A stretch of 64,000 nucleotides of DNA, from positions 21,452,001 to 21,516,000 of the forward strand of contig OZ281497.1 of assembly GCA_965637545.1 (NCBI GenBank), read 5' to 3'. Source of the DNA: Phallusia mammillata. Taxonomy: Eukaryota. Positions 23,656-36,502 of the stretch are shown one piece after another; within the stretch, counting starts at the first letter, position 1, and each line of letters opens with the position of its first letter. The translations under genes and the position numbers were made by a program. The notes under the pieces were generated by a model. It had not been told where the DNA came from. It ran no database searches and saw only the letters and a list, made by a program, of their open reading frames with translations.

Positions 23656-24127
23656 AGTTCCTATAATACAGACTCAATCATTCACTAGCAGCTGTATGCT
23701 ATTACTAGTTGCAACCTACTTGCATAAGTGTGTCGTCATCCCGGTTTATTGCCTACGCACGAAATGGTTTCATAAATAGTCCGCCTGGTTTGTTGTCTAT
23801 TGTTGCCGCCAGAATATGCCAGCTAGTAAAAGTGCCTAATGCCAGTAAAGCTTCGTGTGGAAGCCTACAACAATTCGTTCTGAAGAGAATCTTCATTATA
23901 GATTATTTCGGTGATGCTGGATTCACCATGCCAACACTCGTTTCTTTCCATTAGTTGACGATCGCAAAAGTTATTAGCGGAGAAGTTGTTTAAAGTTTAG
24001 ACCCAAACCATTTCTTTTTGTTAACGCAAAACGAACCGTCCTAACTATTGCAGCACTTTTTTATTGTAAGACTCATTGTGTCATTTAATGTTGAATATTT
24101 GCAAAAACGAAAAGGAAAATATATTCG

Positions 24128-24213
24128 AAATGCTATGCCACGTTGCCAAATCATAAATGCTATGCCACGTTGCCAAAAAATAAAATACGAAATGCTATGC
24201 CACGTTGCCAAAT
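24128..24213. repeat. Short tandem repeat, three copies of aaatgctatgccacgttgccaaa
   Basis: Three identical 23-bp cores with short variable spacers. Confidence 0.85.
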
Positions 24214-25961
24214 CTGCATCTATAGGGTACACTCTTTCATCGGACATTTTGTTTGTTACAAACGATTTCGATGATTGACTTTTGTCCCAAATACAACCAT
24301 AAAACTAAATAGTTAAAGGTTGATGTATAGCCTAAAATGATTTTTAATGAGTGCTTTTAAGGTGGAGACTAACTATCCTATTGCTCAAACAAATGTTGAC
24401 GCAGCACTTTTCATAAGAAGCAATTAGTAAATCGGTGAAACTATGATAGTAATGACTGAAAACGTCATTATTGACGTAAGTATATTAAGAGTTGCTATTT
24501 CTCCATTAACTTGACAAGTACTATTATTTTCACTTTAATTTTTTGGTTCAAAAGATTTCTAATTTTTTTTATTCAAGCTGACTTCACAAGCATGGCGTTA
24601 TTTGTTTTCTCGTGATATCGCATTTGCAATTAGGTACAGTAAACTTAAATCTGCAACCCAGTAGTCGTTGTAATCCAAGCATTGTAGCTCATTTGCTTGT
24701 AAGTGTCAACGTTTTATTAAACAAAAATCTTCACAAAAAATTTCCGCTTGCTAACTTCATAGAGCGGTTTCAGCTTGATCTTAAAACCTTGTTGAGGATT
24801 ACCCTGTATCATTTTTTTATTTCTTGCAACGCATTTTAAATCAGCAACACATTTTTATCGTTTGATTCACAATTGTTAAAAATACTGCATTTTATCGATT
24901 TGGATTGGCCGGTACAGTCGTTAATATCTTGGTATAAAACTTGGTGCAGTTGATCGAACAACAGGAACACTGTCGTACTCATGCTCATCCGATTGATCTG
25001 CAACAATTAAAAGCATGTAAATAGTTCTGTATAGGTTATTCCAAAAAATCTGTTGGTTATGCAAACAATAGCAATTCGAAAGAGATGCCGGTAAGAAAAG
25101 AATTGAGGATCTCTGTTTCAGAAAAACTGTGGCAAATTTATTCCTGGTTGTTTTTTCAAGTTTTTTTTTAGCTTTTCATCATATCGTTTAATATGACTCT
25201 ATTCATCTTAAAATATCTGTGGTGTGACTTGTAGACTAAATTTCCTGTGGTCAAGCGACAACCAAAAGTATTGGCAAAGCTCACTCAACGTCCAGAAAGT
25301 TTGAATTCGCTGAGCGTGATGTTTGTTTTATGTAGCAGGGTGTTTGATGTGTAGGATTTTGAACTACTACTTTTTCATATAATTTCGATGTATATGTGCA
25401 TTATTGACTGCAGTTGCGAGTATAGCCATTGTTGTGTTTATAGGGCTACATGGTCGACACCGATGTACCCGCTTGCCCCAAACACTTGTCCAATTTTCAG
25501 ACTTTTGTTTTGACCACTTGAAATTATGACAACCGAAATGACTTAACCATATCTGATCTGGTACCTTTTTCGATGTAGTATGCATCAGTGTCACGACCTG
25601 AGGACGAAAGAGAAGAAGGAACGTATGACGTCAAAGGTATATTGTCATTTCTTGATCCCTGGTTACTGACGTGGCCTCGCCAATTACTGAAGCCTGGCGT
25701 ACCTAATTGAAGTTACTTAGTTAGAATCAAAAGCAAAACAAAACTTGATGTGATTTTAATGACTCGCCTGCCACGTTTATAGAATCGCTGGGTAACGATT
25801 TTAATAATTATAGAAACGATTTGTTATCACTACTTTATTGTTTATTATTACCCAACTTGTTTTTGATGACCCAAGCGTAAAGTAGGGTACACTGGTTCTT
25901 ACACAAATGACCTCTGCTTTGAGGCACATAGCAAAGCCATCTTTAGATGGTTAATATCAGT

Positions 25962-28900
25962 TCATCGGTGGTATTTAGGTTTAAAAATATATGTTTTGGT
26001 TTGGTTTATTTTGTTCGTGCGGTTAAAATAAACACCTGATCTCCCTTTATTGATGAAACTTCCTTTGAACGATTGCGTTGCCGACGTCTGAAACCTGTTC
26101 GTATAGGTGATAATTTGTCGCTCAGTTCCTGTGAAACAACATGGGCACTGGTTACCCATAGACCAACTGTTTAGTTTATTTCGTTTCTGAACGTTGCACT
26201 CATTTTCTTGAAAAACTTACTGTTTGTAAATAATAGTGGAACTGACACCAAATATTTTCTACTTACTTGGTGGGCTGATCGTGTTGTTCACCGCCGGTGT
26301 ATTTTGACCCCTGGTTGGTTGAACCAGGTGGTTTCCTCTGTTCGGGAAAACAGCTGATTTTGTTTCCAGATTATCCTGAAAATGTGGACTTCTGATCCCA
26401 TTAGTCCACGATTTTTCCGCTGTAAAATGAGATTATGTGGTTTAAAACATATTGATCTAAAACTGACAAAATAAATATAGGCGTAATATATAAGATATAG
26501 TGGGCATGGTTACCGAAGTTTCGCAGCCATTTATAAATAGCAATTGTTACTTTGTGTTTGTAGACAAAGCAAAACATAACTTACTTTAATTTGTAAACAG
26601 ATAATAATTTTTGTTTGAAAATCGCCACTTTAAAATGAGTTTGGGTGATTTGGAAAGAGGACTAACCAGTTATGGGGGGAAAGTCCTCCTGATCGGCGTC
26701 TGAATCGTCAAACGAGTCATCAATCTCAGTTTCTTGTTCACTAGGTAAGGGTGGGAGAGGTTTTTGTCTCTTTTCCCGTTCTGTTAGCCCAAAACAATTA
26801 TTTACAGGCAAACAATATGACAAGGACACGTTATACGCAAAAATAGTGCCCGTTGACTTTTTCTTGCTGTTTTACGAAACCATTCAACGATAACAATTTA
26901 ACAAAGTGCAATGCAAATAAATTTAACTTGACTTGTTAAGTTGTCACATTAGGATGTATTTAAACGTCGATTTGGTAAAAACGTAAAACTTACCCGCTAA
27001 CTCCTTCCTGTTTGCTTTTATTTTTTTCGCCGCCATTTCTTGTGCTAGTTGTTTCTGGTCGTCCAACGTTTTCGTTGTAACTTGACTGGAAGCTTTACTC
27101 GGCGCAGTAGTGCGACTGACTTTTGATTCTTGAACAGATTTTGGAGTAGCCTGTGTCTTCGGTTTTCTACGGTTCGGTTTTGTTTCGTTTTCCTCCCAAT
27201 ATTCTCTTTCCGTTGTCGTGTTTGAGGCTTTTGTTGGTTTCTGTCTCAGTGTTTGGCTGTTTACCTGCTTGGAGGTTTTACTAGAGCGGGGAGCTTTATT
27301 CTGCACTGATTTTTGGCCTGGTGATTTTGTTGAGGTTTTTGGTTCAGATTGCTTTAAAATTTTGGGTTGATTTTTCCCTTTTGAGGCATTTTTCTTTACC
27401 AGATGCTTCTTGCCCTTTTCTGTGGAGTTCTTTAAAGTTTTTGCTGTTTTTTTCTTAACTTCAATCTCGTTTTCGTAGTCTTCGTCTTCTTCATCAACAT
27501 ATTCATCATTTTCATCATAGTTGTCTCCCAACTCTTCTTCATCAATCCCATCATCTTCCTCTTCCTCAAACTCAGTATAGTCCTCATCGTCAATGTCTTC
27601 ATCATCGTTTTCTTCTTCAGTTTCCATATAATCCTCTTCTTGATCATAAAATTCCTCTTCCACATCTTCATCATCCCAGAATGTTTCCTCGTTCACCCTT
27701 TTTGACTTCTTCGGTCGCCGTTTTTGCTTTTGCACCACTTTTTGTCTCTTACTGCTGGTCAAAGTTTTTGTCTTTTTGCGTGACAAAGATTTTGTGGCCC
27801 TTTGCCTTTTTGCAGTTACCCGACCTTTAACCGCACCTCTTTTTCTTTCCAGTTCTCTACTTGCATGTGCACGTTTCTTACGTACGGCAGTTTGTGACTT
27901 GTTGACAAAATCTATTGCAAAAAATAGGTCGCTGTTTAGCTACGGCAGTTAGAAATTTATGCAGTATTTATAAAACATTGCTAACCTTTCTTTTTTGCCT
28001 TTGCTTTTTCGATCGACTCTTTCGAACTGCAAGTTTTTTATAAATATTAACAAAAGTTTTTGTTTGCAGGAACTGAGGTAAAAAATTGGTAAATTAGAAA
28101 AAAATGCAACCTTTTGTAATAAACTGATCCAAACTGCGACATGTTTCACATATTGTGGCCTGTTTTTACTAATATTGTCAAAACTGTAGTCGAGTAAATC
28201 GAGTCACTTGTAACGATTAAATGGATCGAAATGTTTATGACTAGGACTATGTACAAGTTAATTACAACTTAATTATACTATACAAGGCGATAAAAATCAC
28301 CAACTCACGCGTTGCCAGCTAGTCCTTTAAATTTCTTCACTAAACCTATCCCGGCAACACCAACAAGTCCCCCAATCAACCCTGCCCCTCCAGCCGTGCC
28401 AAGTGAAGTAAGAAGCCCAGATGGGTCATCAAGGCCACCAGCGACACCGGGCTCCGATTCTGATCCGTTTTCGGTTGCTTCAAATACAATGTACAATTGC
28501 AATGGATGATTTTTACAGGCTAATTTAATCTATATGTTAAAATATAGACCTATCAATACAAGAAAGAAACTATGTGCCCTCTAACAAATTTTGGACTCAA
28601 TCTTTGCTTAATTTGTGGATGATATCGGACAAACAAGCAGTCTTTTAGAACAAAACTGTTCGGTTGATATTATGATTATGTACTGAAGTAAAATCAGTCA
28701 GATATGTCAGTATGTTGTGATCCTTCCTTATGCCAACAAAGAACGCAGGGGCCTATAAACACAAACCAGTTATCTGTCTGTACGTTAAAATGTTCTTACG
28801 CCATATCTTTGCTAAGTGCGCATAATTTATTCACAAAAATGCATGTGCTTTCGTTTTCATCCGACTCCTGTCTACCTGCAGTCGGATCAAAATTGCGGGG

Positions 28901-31629
28901 CAACTTATTAGGCTTTCCACCTTCTGGGGCGCTGGTTGTCAACAGAGCAGTTGTGTCTTGAACCTCAGTTGTATTCACCGCAAAAGTTGTGTTCATTTCT
29001 GCAATTGACGAATTTGTTGCTGTTTCTGTGCTGGTCTCATCAAACGTTATCAATGTCGTGACAGGGACGGTTTGGGTGGTCGTGGTGGCGGCTGAACTAC
29101 CACTGGTCGTAATTGTGTCGGTGGTTACTGAAATTTGAGGGAACGTAACTATGGTTAAGTCACCTTTAATTGAATAGCAATTAGTTTAAGTGACTGAAAA
29201 ATCCCACAAGAGTGAAATATACACGTCTTTTTTACAACAGTCTGTTTTGACTGATCATAGTTGTAGATTCTAACGCAAAATTGTGAAACACTGCTGATTT
29301 ATCAATAAAGTTAGTGTCAAGGGTTGATTATAATTTTTGTTTTGGTAGCTACCATTTTTAGTCTAAAGGGCATTAATACGGAACAGAAAATGCAAATTAG
29401 GTTATTTGACCAATTAAGGGGGGTTGAATGTCTTTGATTTAAAGCGCTTTTCCATTACATTTTGAAAGAAGCTGCAGCTTGCATGGGGTAGATACAAGGG
29501 CGTCCGCAGGTTTTCGGTTAGGGGGGTCAAGGTGGGTTGACCATTACACCATCCAGACATTTTATCATTTTTATCAGTGTTTGTGATTTGGGGGTCCGCA
29601 AAGAGATCTAATGACGTCATTAGGGAAATTCCCAAAATAAAATGTTGGACCCCCCCCCCTTTAAAAATTTCTGGATACGCCCCTGGTTGTGATTATGTCA
29701 ACAGCAAATTTGAAAATTAGCGATTTTTGAAATAGCTTAGTTTCAATCTGCCAAGGACTGGTAGAAGTGTGGCAAGCTGTAAATGCAGTTTACCAGTAGC
29801 CTATATGTGGTGATTTGAGATTTGCAGTGAGCCTAAAAAGATTTGAGCATTCTGCACTAATCCCCAAAATCAATTAATTTGATATCTACGAACCACAAAT
29901 CACCATATAGCTGCATTTGTCAAAAAACTAAAGAAATTGAACAGCAAGCGTATAATCATTTTTCATCCAACAATTTTCCAGGGGGGGTCAGCTGACCCCA
30001 TTTGCCCCTATGTGCGGACGCCCTTGGGTAGATATTATTTCCGCAAAGAAATTAGGCTCTAACAACAGTAATTGTCAAAAAGTTACTGATCTTTCAGGTT
30101 TTTTTTACCTGATGTGCTTATGTCTGTTGTTGTTTCTTTCAGGGTTGTAGTTGACTCCGTCGTTGTCGGTATTTCTTCTGTAGTTGTCACCGGGACTGTA
30201 GTTGTCGGAATTTGGGTTGTTTCTATTGTGGTTGTTGCTGGTGTTGTGGTTGTTGTAGTAGTTGTAGGTTTTGTTGTTGGTTCTTCTGTGGTTGTTGTAG
30301 TTGTAGGTTTTGTTGTTGTTGGTGTTGTTGTCGGTGTTGTTGTAGTAGGTGTTGTTGTAGTAGGTGTTGTTGTTGTTGTAGTTGTTGTGGATGTTGTTGT
30401 TAGTTCTGCCGTTGTTGTCGGTGCAAGTGTAGTTGTTGTTTCTGTTAAATTGGCACAACAACATAATAATAATACATATCTGCTACAATGCGTTTTTTCC
30501 CTCTTACAAATTTTACTCAAGCGACTTTTTAAGCTTCAGGAACAATCCAGTATTTCACGTCAGCTTATTCTGTCAGAAAAGCAGTCCCGTGACTGCACCT
30601 TTGATGATCAACTATCACGTGTTTTTATCACGTGTTGTGTACACCGAACGTTATGCAGTCGATTTTAACAATTTCCAAAGCCTGCTTACCTGGTAGAGAC
30701 CTTTGACAGATGTACCTCGACTGGAACTCATTACAGCCAATATCAATCCACCTGTAGAGAGGGTCAACTGCATGTACCCATCCCATTATCACACAATCCT
30801 CGTGATCGAGATCATTGGGCTCTCCTGACGCCCACTGGGCATCTGCATCGACCAGTGGTGTTGAGTCAGACCAAATCCACTCGTTTGTCTCGTAGAATTT
30901 CTTCAAGCCAATGTAATACGATGTGGGATATTCTGAAATACCAAAGTAAAATGTTACATTTTATGGTATAGGCCATTATGAACAGTCAAAAACAGTTAAA
31001 TGACAATAGTTTGTTTTGTCCCAGTCTTGAATTTATGTTCATCTTAAACAATCTGGCGATCCCCTACTGCGAAGCTGACATGTCCAGCTCCAGCATACAT
31101 CAACTTTTGGCGCATTCTCCACTGAGCTGGATTTTTTTAGCCTGCCTTTTGCCATATGGTGGTGAATGTTTGGTGACCGGCTGATATAGCGCCTTTAATG
31201 TCCCTGGCTTATTTTTGATTAGTTTTTTTTTTTCTAAAAAGTTGTAATTTGTTCCTAATTCCTATGTCGACCCATAAATGCCCTGCGCCTATTGCCGATA
31301 AAACTCCTTAGACAGAAATTATTTTGCCAAATCCTGATTAGTGCCCAAATTTGTAAGAGCGATATCAAGCACGCCATTTTGTTTCCAATATATTCTTTGA
31401 TTAATTTCTTACCGGATGCAGTTCCGATTTTCTCAATAAGAAAGTCCTGAATGGTTTTACTCTTTATTGTAACCAGGATGGCATCACTAGCATTACATCT
31501 TTCCTCTGCTTGATAATAGGTGTCAACTGTTCCACCGATAAAGTACTCAAACTCGCCTAAAACATGCCACTGAGAAAGGCAATTGCCAACAAGTGTACTC
31601 AAAATAACGATTACCGCAAGTCTGTTCAT
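25962..31629 (-). CDS. Type I membrane protein: signal peptide, EPN-type C-type lectin domain, Thr-rich mucin stalk, Gly-rich TM, long charged cytoplasmic tail (~868 aa)
   Basis: Phase-consistent exons 31629-31413, 30932-30690, 30441-30109, 29127-28876, 28477-28309, 28026-27986, 27911-26994, 26780-26667, 26419-26267, 26128-25962 (2607 nt). CTLD motifs YYIGL, WIWSD, WASGEPND, DCV, WIDIGC, YICQ. The last exon is the least certain. Confidence 0.8.
29495..30026. mobile_element. Intronic hAT-type MITE containing the end of a second element
   Basis: TIRs CAAGGGCGTCCGCA ... TGCGGACGCCCTTG; perfect TSD ggtagata at 29487-29494 and 30027-30034; internal terminus ...ctggatacgcccctg near 29685. Confidence 0.88.
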
Positions 31630-33580
31630 TTTATTACAAGATTATTATATCTGCGCGATAAAAATATTTTTTGTTTATAACCAATTTCTTTTTCAAAGCC
31701 AAATTCCTGTTAATAAGGCAAAATTGTTTTTTTCTACAACTTATTTCGCTTTCTCTAACAAGGACAAACCTAATTAGTTTTGTAAGGTATTTTTTAAGTC
31801 TATCAAAGACGTTTTTTAATTACCTTGCGGCCTAAACTTAACACTCTTAGTTACAAGTACCCTGTTGCAATATTGGAAATCGCTAAAAGCTTATATGTTC
31901 TATCACTATCACTGCAATTCCTAAAATCACTTTCACGGAAAATCAGTGTCGATTTTTGACCCTTGCGTCATACTTGACCCTTGTGTCATAATTAAAATAT
32001 CAAACATTTTTAGTTTATTTTTTTTCGATAGGCTGGTGCTGACATTTACCAAATGAACAAAAACGACACGGGTCAAGATATATGTGCAAAATTGCTAATG
32101 GGTATTCACTAAAGTTGCGCAATTTTGCTGTATTCGTCCGTAATACCCTTAATTGTGTCTGCAACTTAACGACCATTTCTCAGTCTATCTACGTGAATCT
32201 GCAAATTGACACCACTTCCGCCGTGCATTTGACTGCGGTTGTATCGCGAATGAAATATGCTTGATGACTTTTAGCTATTATCTTAGTTTAAAAAGTGAAT
32301 GAGTTTTAAAAGCAGTATATTTAACTCAATATATCAAGAATAATGCCTGGCAATCCATTCGCTTAAAACGTATAGCGTTTAAAACTGAACTGTTTATTTG
32401 TTAGTTTAATGGAATCCTTTGCAAAGGCAAATGAACTGCTGCAGTATACCACATTTAAAAACGTGTCATATAATTTCAAATTTATCCTTTTCATCCGAAA
32501 ATATTGTAAATTTACATAGAAAAGGACAAAAGAAAAGACGACCCATAGAAGCAAAAAATGCACAAAGATTTTAGTTTTGGTAAACTACCCATGGAAGCAA
32601 AAATACATTAGTTTTGGGAAACTAAAAAAAAAAAATTGTTGTTGGTTGTATCTTGGAATAGAAATTTGTATTATTTGACACATCCACAAACACTACAAAA
32701 CGCAATATAGCATTTCAGTCTTACAGTAGGAAAACCACACACTTTTTCATTTATCAGCAAATAGCCATCGGCAAAAGAATATCATGACTGTTAAGTGTAT
32801 TGTGTTGCAATTTTGACGTCACTTCCAGGCGGTAGCATATTTACTTGCAGTCGTTATGTCTATTTAAAGCTTTAGACCCAGCGTTCTGCGCACATTGTAA
32901 CTCCGCGATAATCGCTTTTATCAGTACGAAGAAAAACATAAAAAATGTGACATGGTTGCTATTCGTCCAATTTAACTTTTCTGATTGATTTCTGCCTAAT
33001 AGCCTATATCTTTTTGTTTGGAACTTGATGTGGCAGATTCGTCGGTTAGAATAGAAACGCCTTTTTCGGGAATTATCTGTCGATAAATGAAAATATAACT
33101 AAAAATTCAAGTAAACTCAGCAGCTTTCAAAAAAACATTTGATTTTCACACACTACAAGTTGCTATACGCCGTGTTGACTGAAGAAATGCCATTGTCGCT
33201 AAATTCATCTTAAAAGCATTTAAAAGTCGCAACATCTTAAAGTTAGAGCAACAGTACTGGGGGTTTGTTGGTTACCCTTACAGGGCCGAAAAACATCTGT
33301 GACAAGCATGAATTAAAATTTAAATGGTCCTCTCCGCCCACTGGCTGATCTCAAAGTAACCAGCCTATTCAATGCAGCTAAACCCACTCATTGTGACGTG
33401 AGAAGCGCTGTGTGGAAGTATTCAAAAATAAAATGTAGTCACAATGCCTGGAAAACCACTTGCTTTGCCGTACATGGGTACAGATGGTTATTAGTTTGAG
33501 GCAAGCAAGGCAAAGGCAAAGTAGTATCAACAAACTGACTTTACTGTGTGAACGATGCGCAACTGTCGAGCTAAGTGGTA

Positions 33581-36502
33581 ATGGCGCCATTCTTATTGTT
33601 TTTCCTTGTTGCTATCACCTTGAGCCAACCTGGCGCAGCAGAGTGGATAAATTTCGCCAACCACGAGTACAAAGTTGACTTTAGAACCGTCAGCAATTTT
33701 TCCGCAGCGCTGGGATTATGTGAAGAGATGTTGGCAACCCTTGTAGTTGTTGAATCTGAAAATGTTCTCGATTTCCTTTTGGGGGAAATAGGAAATCTGA
33801 CTGGTAACGTTGTTAAAACATTGTACAGATACGGTTTTAAATGGCAGCCTTACTGTTTTAGATGCACCCCACACGTTCTACGTTGCCAGGACGAATTTAA
33901 CGGATAACGACAGCAACGAAGGTTCAAACACTACCTGTTTGGGTGTGATCAAAATGAATGGCACAGAAGAAATGATTTATCAAATCAGCAATATATCTTG
34001 TTTTACGCCAGCAGGGTAGAAATATATTCACCAAATCTTGACGTTGGTATTTTGTACTAAACGTACTTTTAAGCAGGTTGATTTGTGAGCGGAATACAAG
34101 CTTACAAACAACACAGTTTACCGAAACAACAACTACGTTTGCTACGTCTGTGAAGACTACAACTTTTATCGATAGTGATACGACCACTCCGGAGAAAGCA
34201 ATTGGTACAAAGTCAACCTTTTGTGAATACTTAAATAGACAAATTCAAACTAGAAGCATTTTGCTCGTGTTTAGGGACGGCAAGTGCTTCTACGCAAACA
34301 GGGTCAAGCAAATTCAGCACAGAGTCAAGTACATCCGATGCACCGACAACAACTAGTAATGGTAAATGGCTGTTTACTTATTTACCGTCAGCAGTTGAAA
34401 ATTAAAGCAAGTGAAACCAGTCATTGATAGTATAAGTGTGAAAAACGTTGTTATCAAATCTCACCAAGTTTTATACTTTTTACATTGTCTTGGTAATATA
34501 TTGTTAATAAAAAACTGTTTACATTTGTAGAGACAGTGTCTGGAGTGCCACCAAGCGGAGGTTTAACACATACACAGGTGACAATCATTTCAGCAGTTGG
34601 TGCGTGTGTTGGAACGCTTCTGGTGACGATGGGTTGTTTCCTCCTGTGGCGCATCACTCGCGGAAGGTGGGCGTAAACAAAAAGTTGTTTACAACATTTT
34701 ATATTGACGTAACTTAGGTAATGTTTTGCTAATCCCGGTAGTGACTCGCTTTTTCCGACTGCATGATACAAAATATGTAACTACTGATCTTATTTTTGGT
34801 TTGTTTCCAAGTCTATTAGACCCTACAATAGTAACAAAAAATAACTAACAATTAATTATTGTTTTTTGTTTTGAAGAAAAATTTTAAAAGTAAGAAAAAG
34901 ACAAATGCAAGCTTTGTCTCTTAAATACCGTCTACAAAACAAACCTGATTACAACGCAAGTTACCAAGAAGGTAACCTTACAAACAAACTTGCAGGTTCT
35001 GCAAAACTTTAAACTAAAATATATATTTTTTATTAGAAACTGACGAAAGTCCGCCCGTTTCCAAAGCACCCAAAACTGAGGATGAGCAAGCATGTAACAA
35101 TCACAGAATACCAACCAAAGTTTCATACAAAACGACCCAGTTTGGCTCCGAAGGTCAAAAGTCTCCTAAATCTGCAAACAGCACTGACTTTCCCACTTAC
35201 GGACAACACGAAGATCAAGTCTTCTCAACTTCATCTGCTTTAAGACTAAAGAGAAGGGCAAGTTTTCCGCCCGATTTCCATGGCAACAATGACGTACGTG
35301 TCAGCTACAAATCGAATGGAAAATCAAAAAGCGATAGAGCATCGTTGAGCAGTATATTCCTGAAACGGAACGACACAAGGTCAGAAAGTGTTGATTTGCG
35401 TCAAAGCACCATAAAAGATTTGTTTAAAATTCAAACTATCGTTTCTGAATTCGTAAACGGATCAACAAACGTAGGATCTACAAAGATACAAACTGCGACC
35501 AAGTCAAATATCCAGAAACCAGAAGAAACTGAAATAGCTACAAGAATTCCAAATGATGGAAATCACACAAACAATGAAAAATCTTGCAGCAACCAAAAGG
35601 AAGAAGGACCTTCCAAAGAACTACAGGATCGTACGAAAATTGATAATAGTCAATCAGGCGAAATTTTTATTTCATCACCCCAACCTGGTCATGTAAAAAT
35701 GCGCCATGGAGAAAAAGACCTTGCCAGCAAAGGACGGGCCTTTCAAGACTCGATTGCGAAAGGCGTTCGACGACTGAGCCAACCCTTTCGCAAAGGCAAA
35801 ATGTTTGAGGTAGTATTTGCACAAGACGCTGACGACGATATATACCTCACAATGACTGGAAACTCTAAGACCAAAACTCAAGAACAACCAATGAGCGACG
35901 ATATCTACACTGCAATGTCTGGCGAAAGTAAAAACAAAACCCCAGCAAATTGGAAACCGCCGAAAAATCAGATAAAGAAACCAAACGTGGTTTCGAAAAA
36001 AGCACCGACTATCCGTCCACCTCAAGCAGAATTTCGAAAACCTTCAGATCCATACGTGGCTTCGAGAATGCCCTGGCAAGACCAAGATGACAGTCAAGAC
36101 TATGTGGACATGTTTTCGAAATCTCAAGTCCATGTTGGTGCAATAGGACAAGATAGCGTTTATACTGATATGCACGGCTCACAACACATGCCAAGCCGAC
36201 CGGCTATTCATGGTAACAGCAGCAGTCTCGGTCGTAGCCAGACTCAAAGACCGAGACAACAGCGGTCAGCCATGGAACGAAAATTGAACGCTTCTGTTTC
36301 CGGACAACAGAAGTTTCACACAATGAATACGAGGCGCGACGATGATTATGAGGACGTTTCAACACTGCCTCGCGTAACATCACACCACAGCGATTATTTA
36401 AAACCAGCACCAGAGCGCCATACTGACCCCAAGCGATATAATCGAAATTCGAGTGTTTCCCCATACGGAAGTGGGGTTGCACCGCATGTGCGAAATTGGT
36501 AA
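33581..36502 (+). CDS. Type I membrane protein: signal peptide, shortened C-type lectin-like domain, S/T-rich stalk, TM, ~525-aa tail with multiple YxxM motifs (~762 aa)
   Basis: Phase-consistent exons 33581-33803, 33862-34015, 34077-34204, 34275-34361, 34531-34666, 34877-34971, 35037-36502 (2289 nt). Exon 1 is paralogous to exon 1 of the opposite gene; the domain ends GLICER; TM IISAVGACVGTLLVTMGCFLLW. Confidence 0.82.

Noticed and set aside
24128-24213. Repeat-spacer pattern suggesting CRISPR
   Set aside because: Only three repeats with ~4-11-bp spacers, eukaryotic context, no cas genes.
30105-30668. Val-rich, Cys-rich and Asn-rich ORFs (30114-30668, 30212-30403, 30105-30464)
   Set aside because: Alternative-frame or antisense shadows of the (ACA)n Thr-rich mucin exon.
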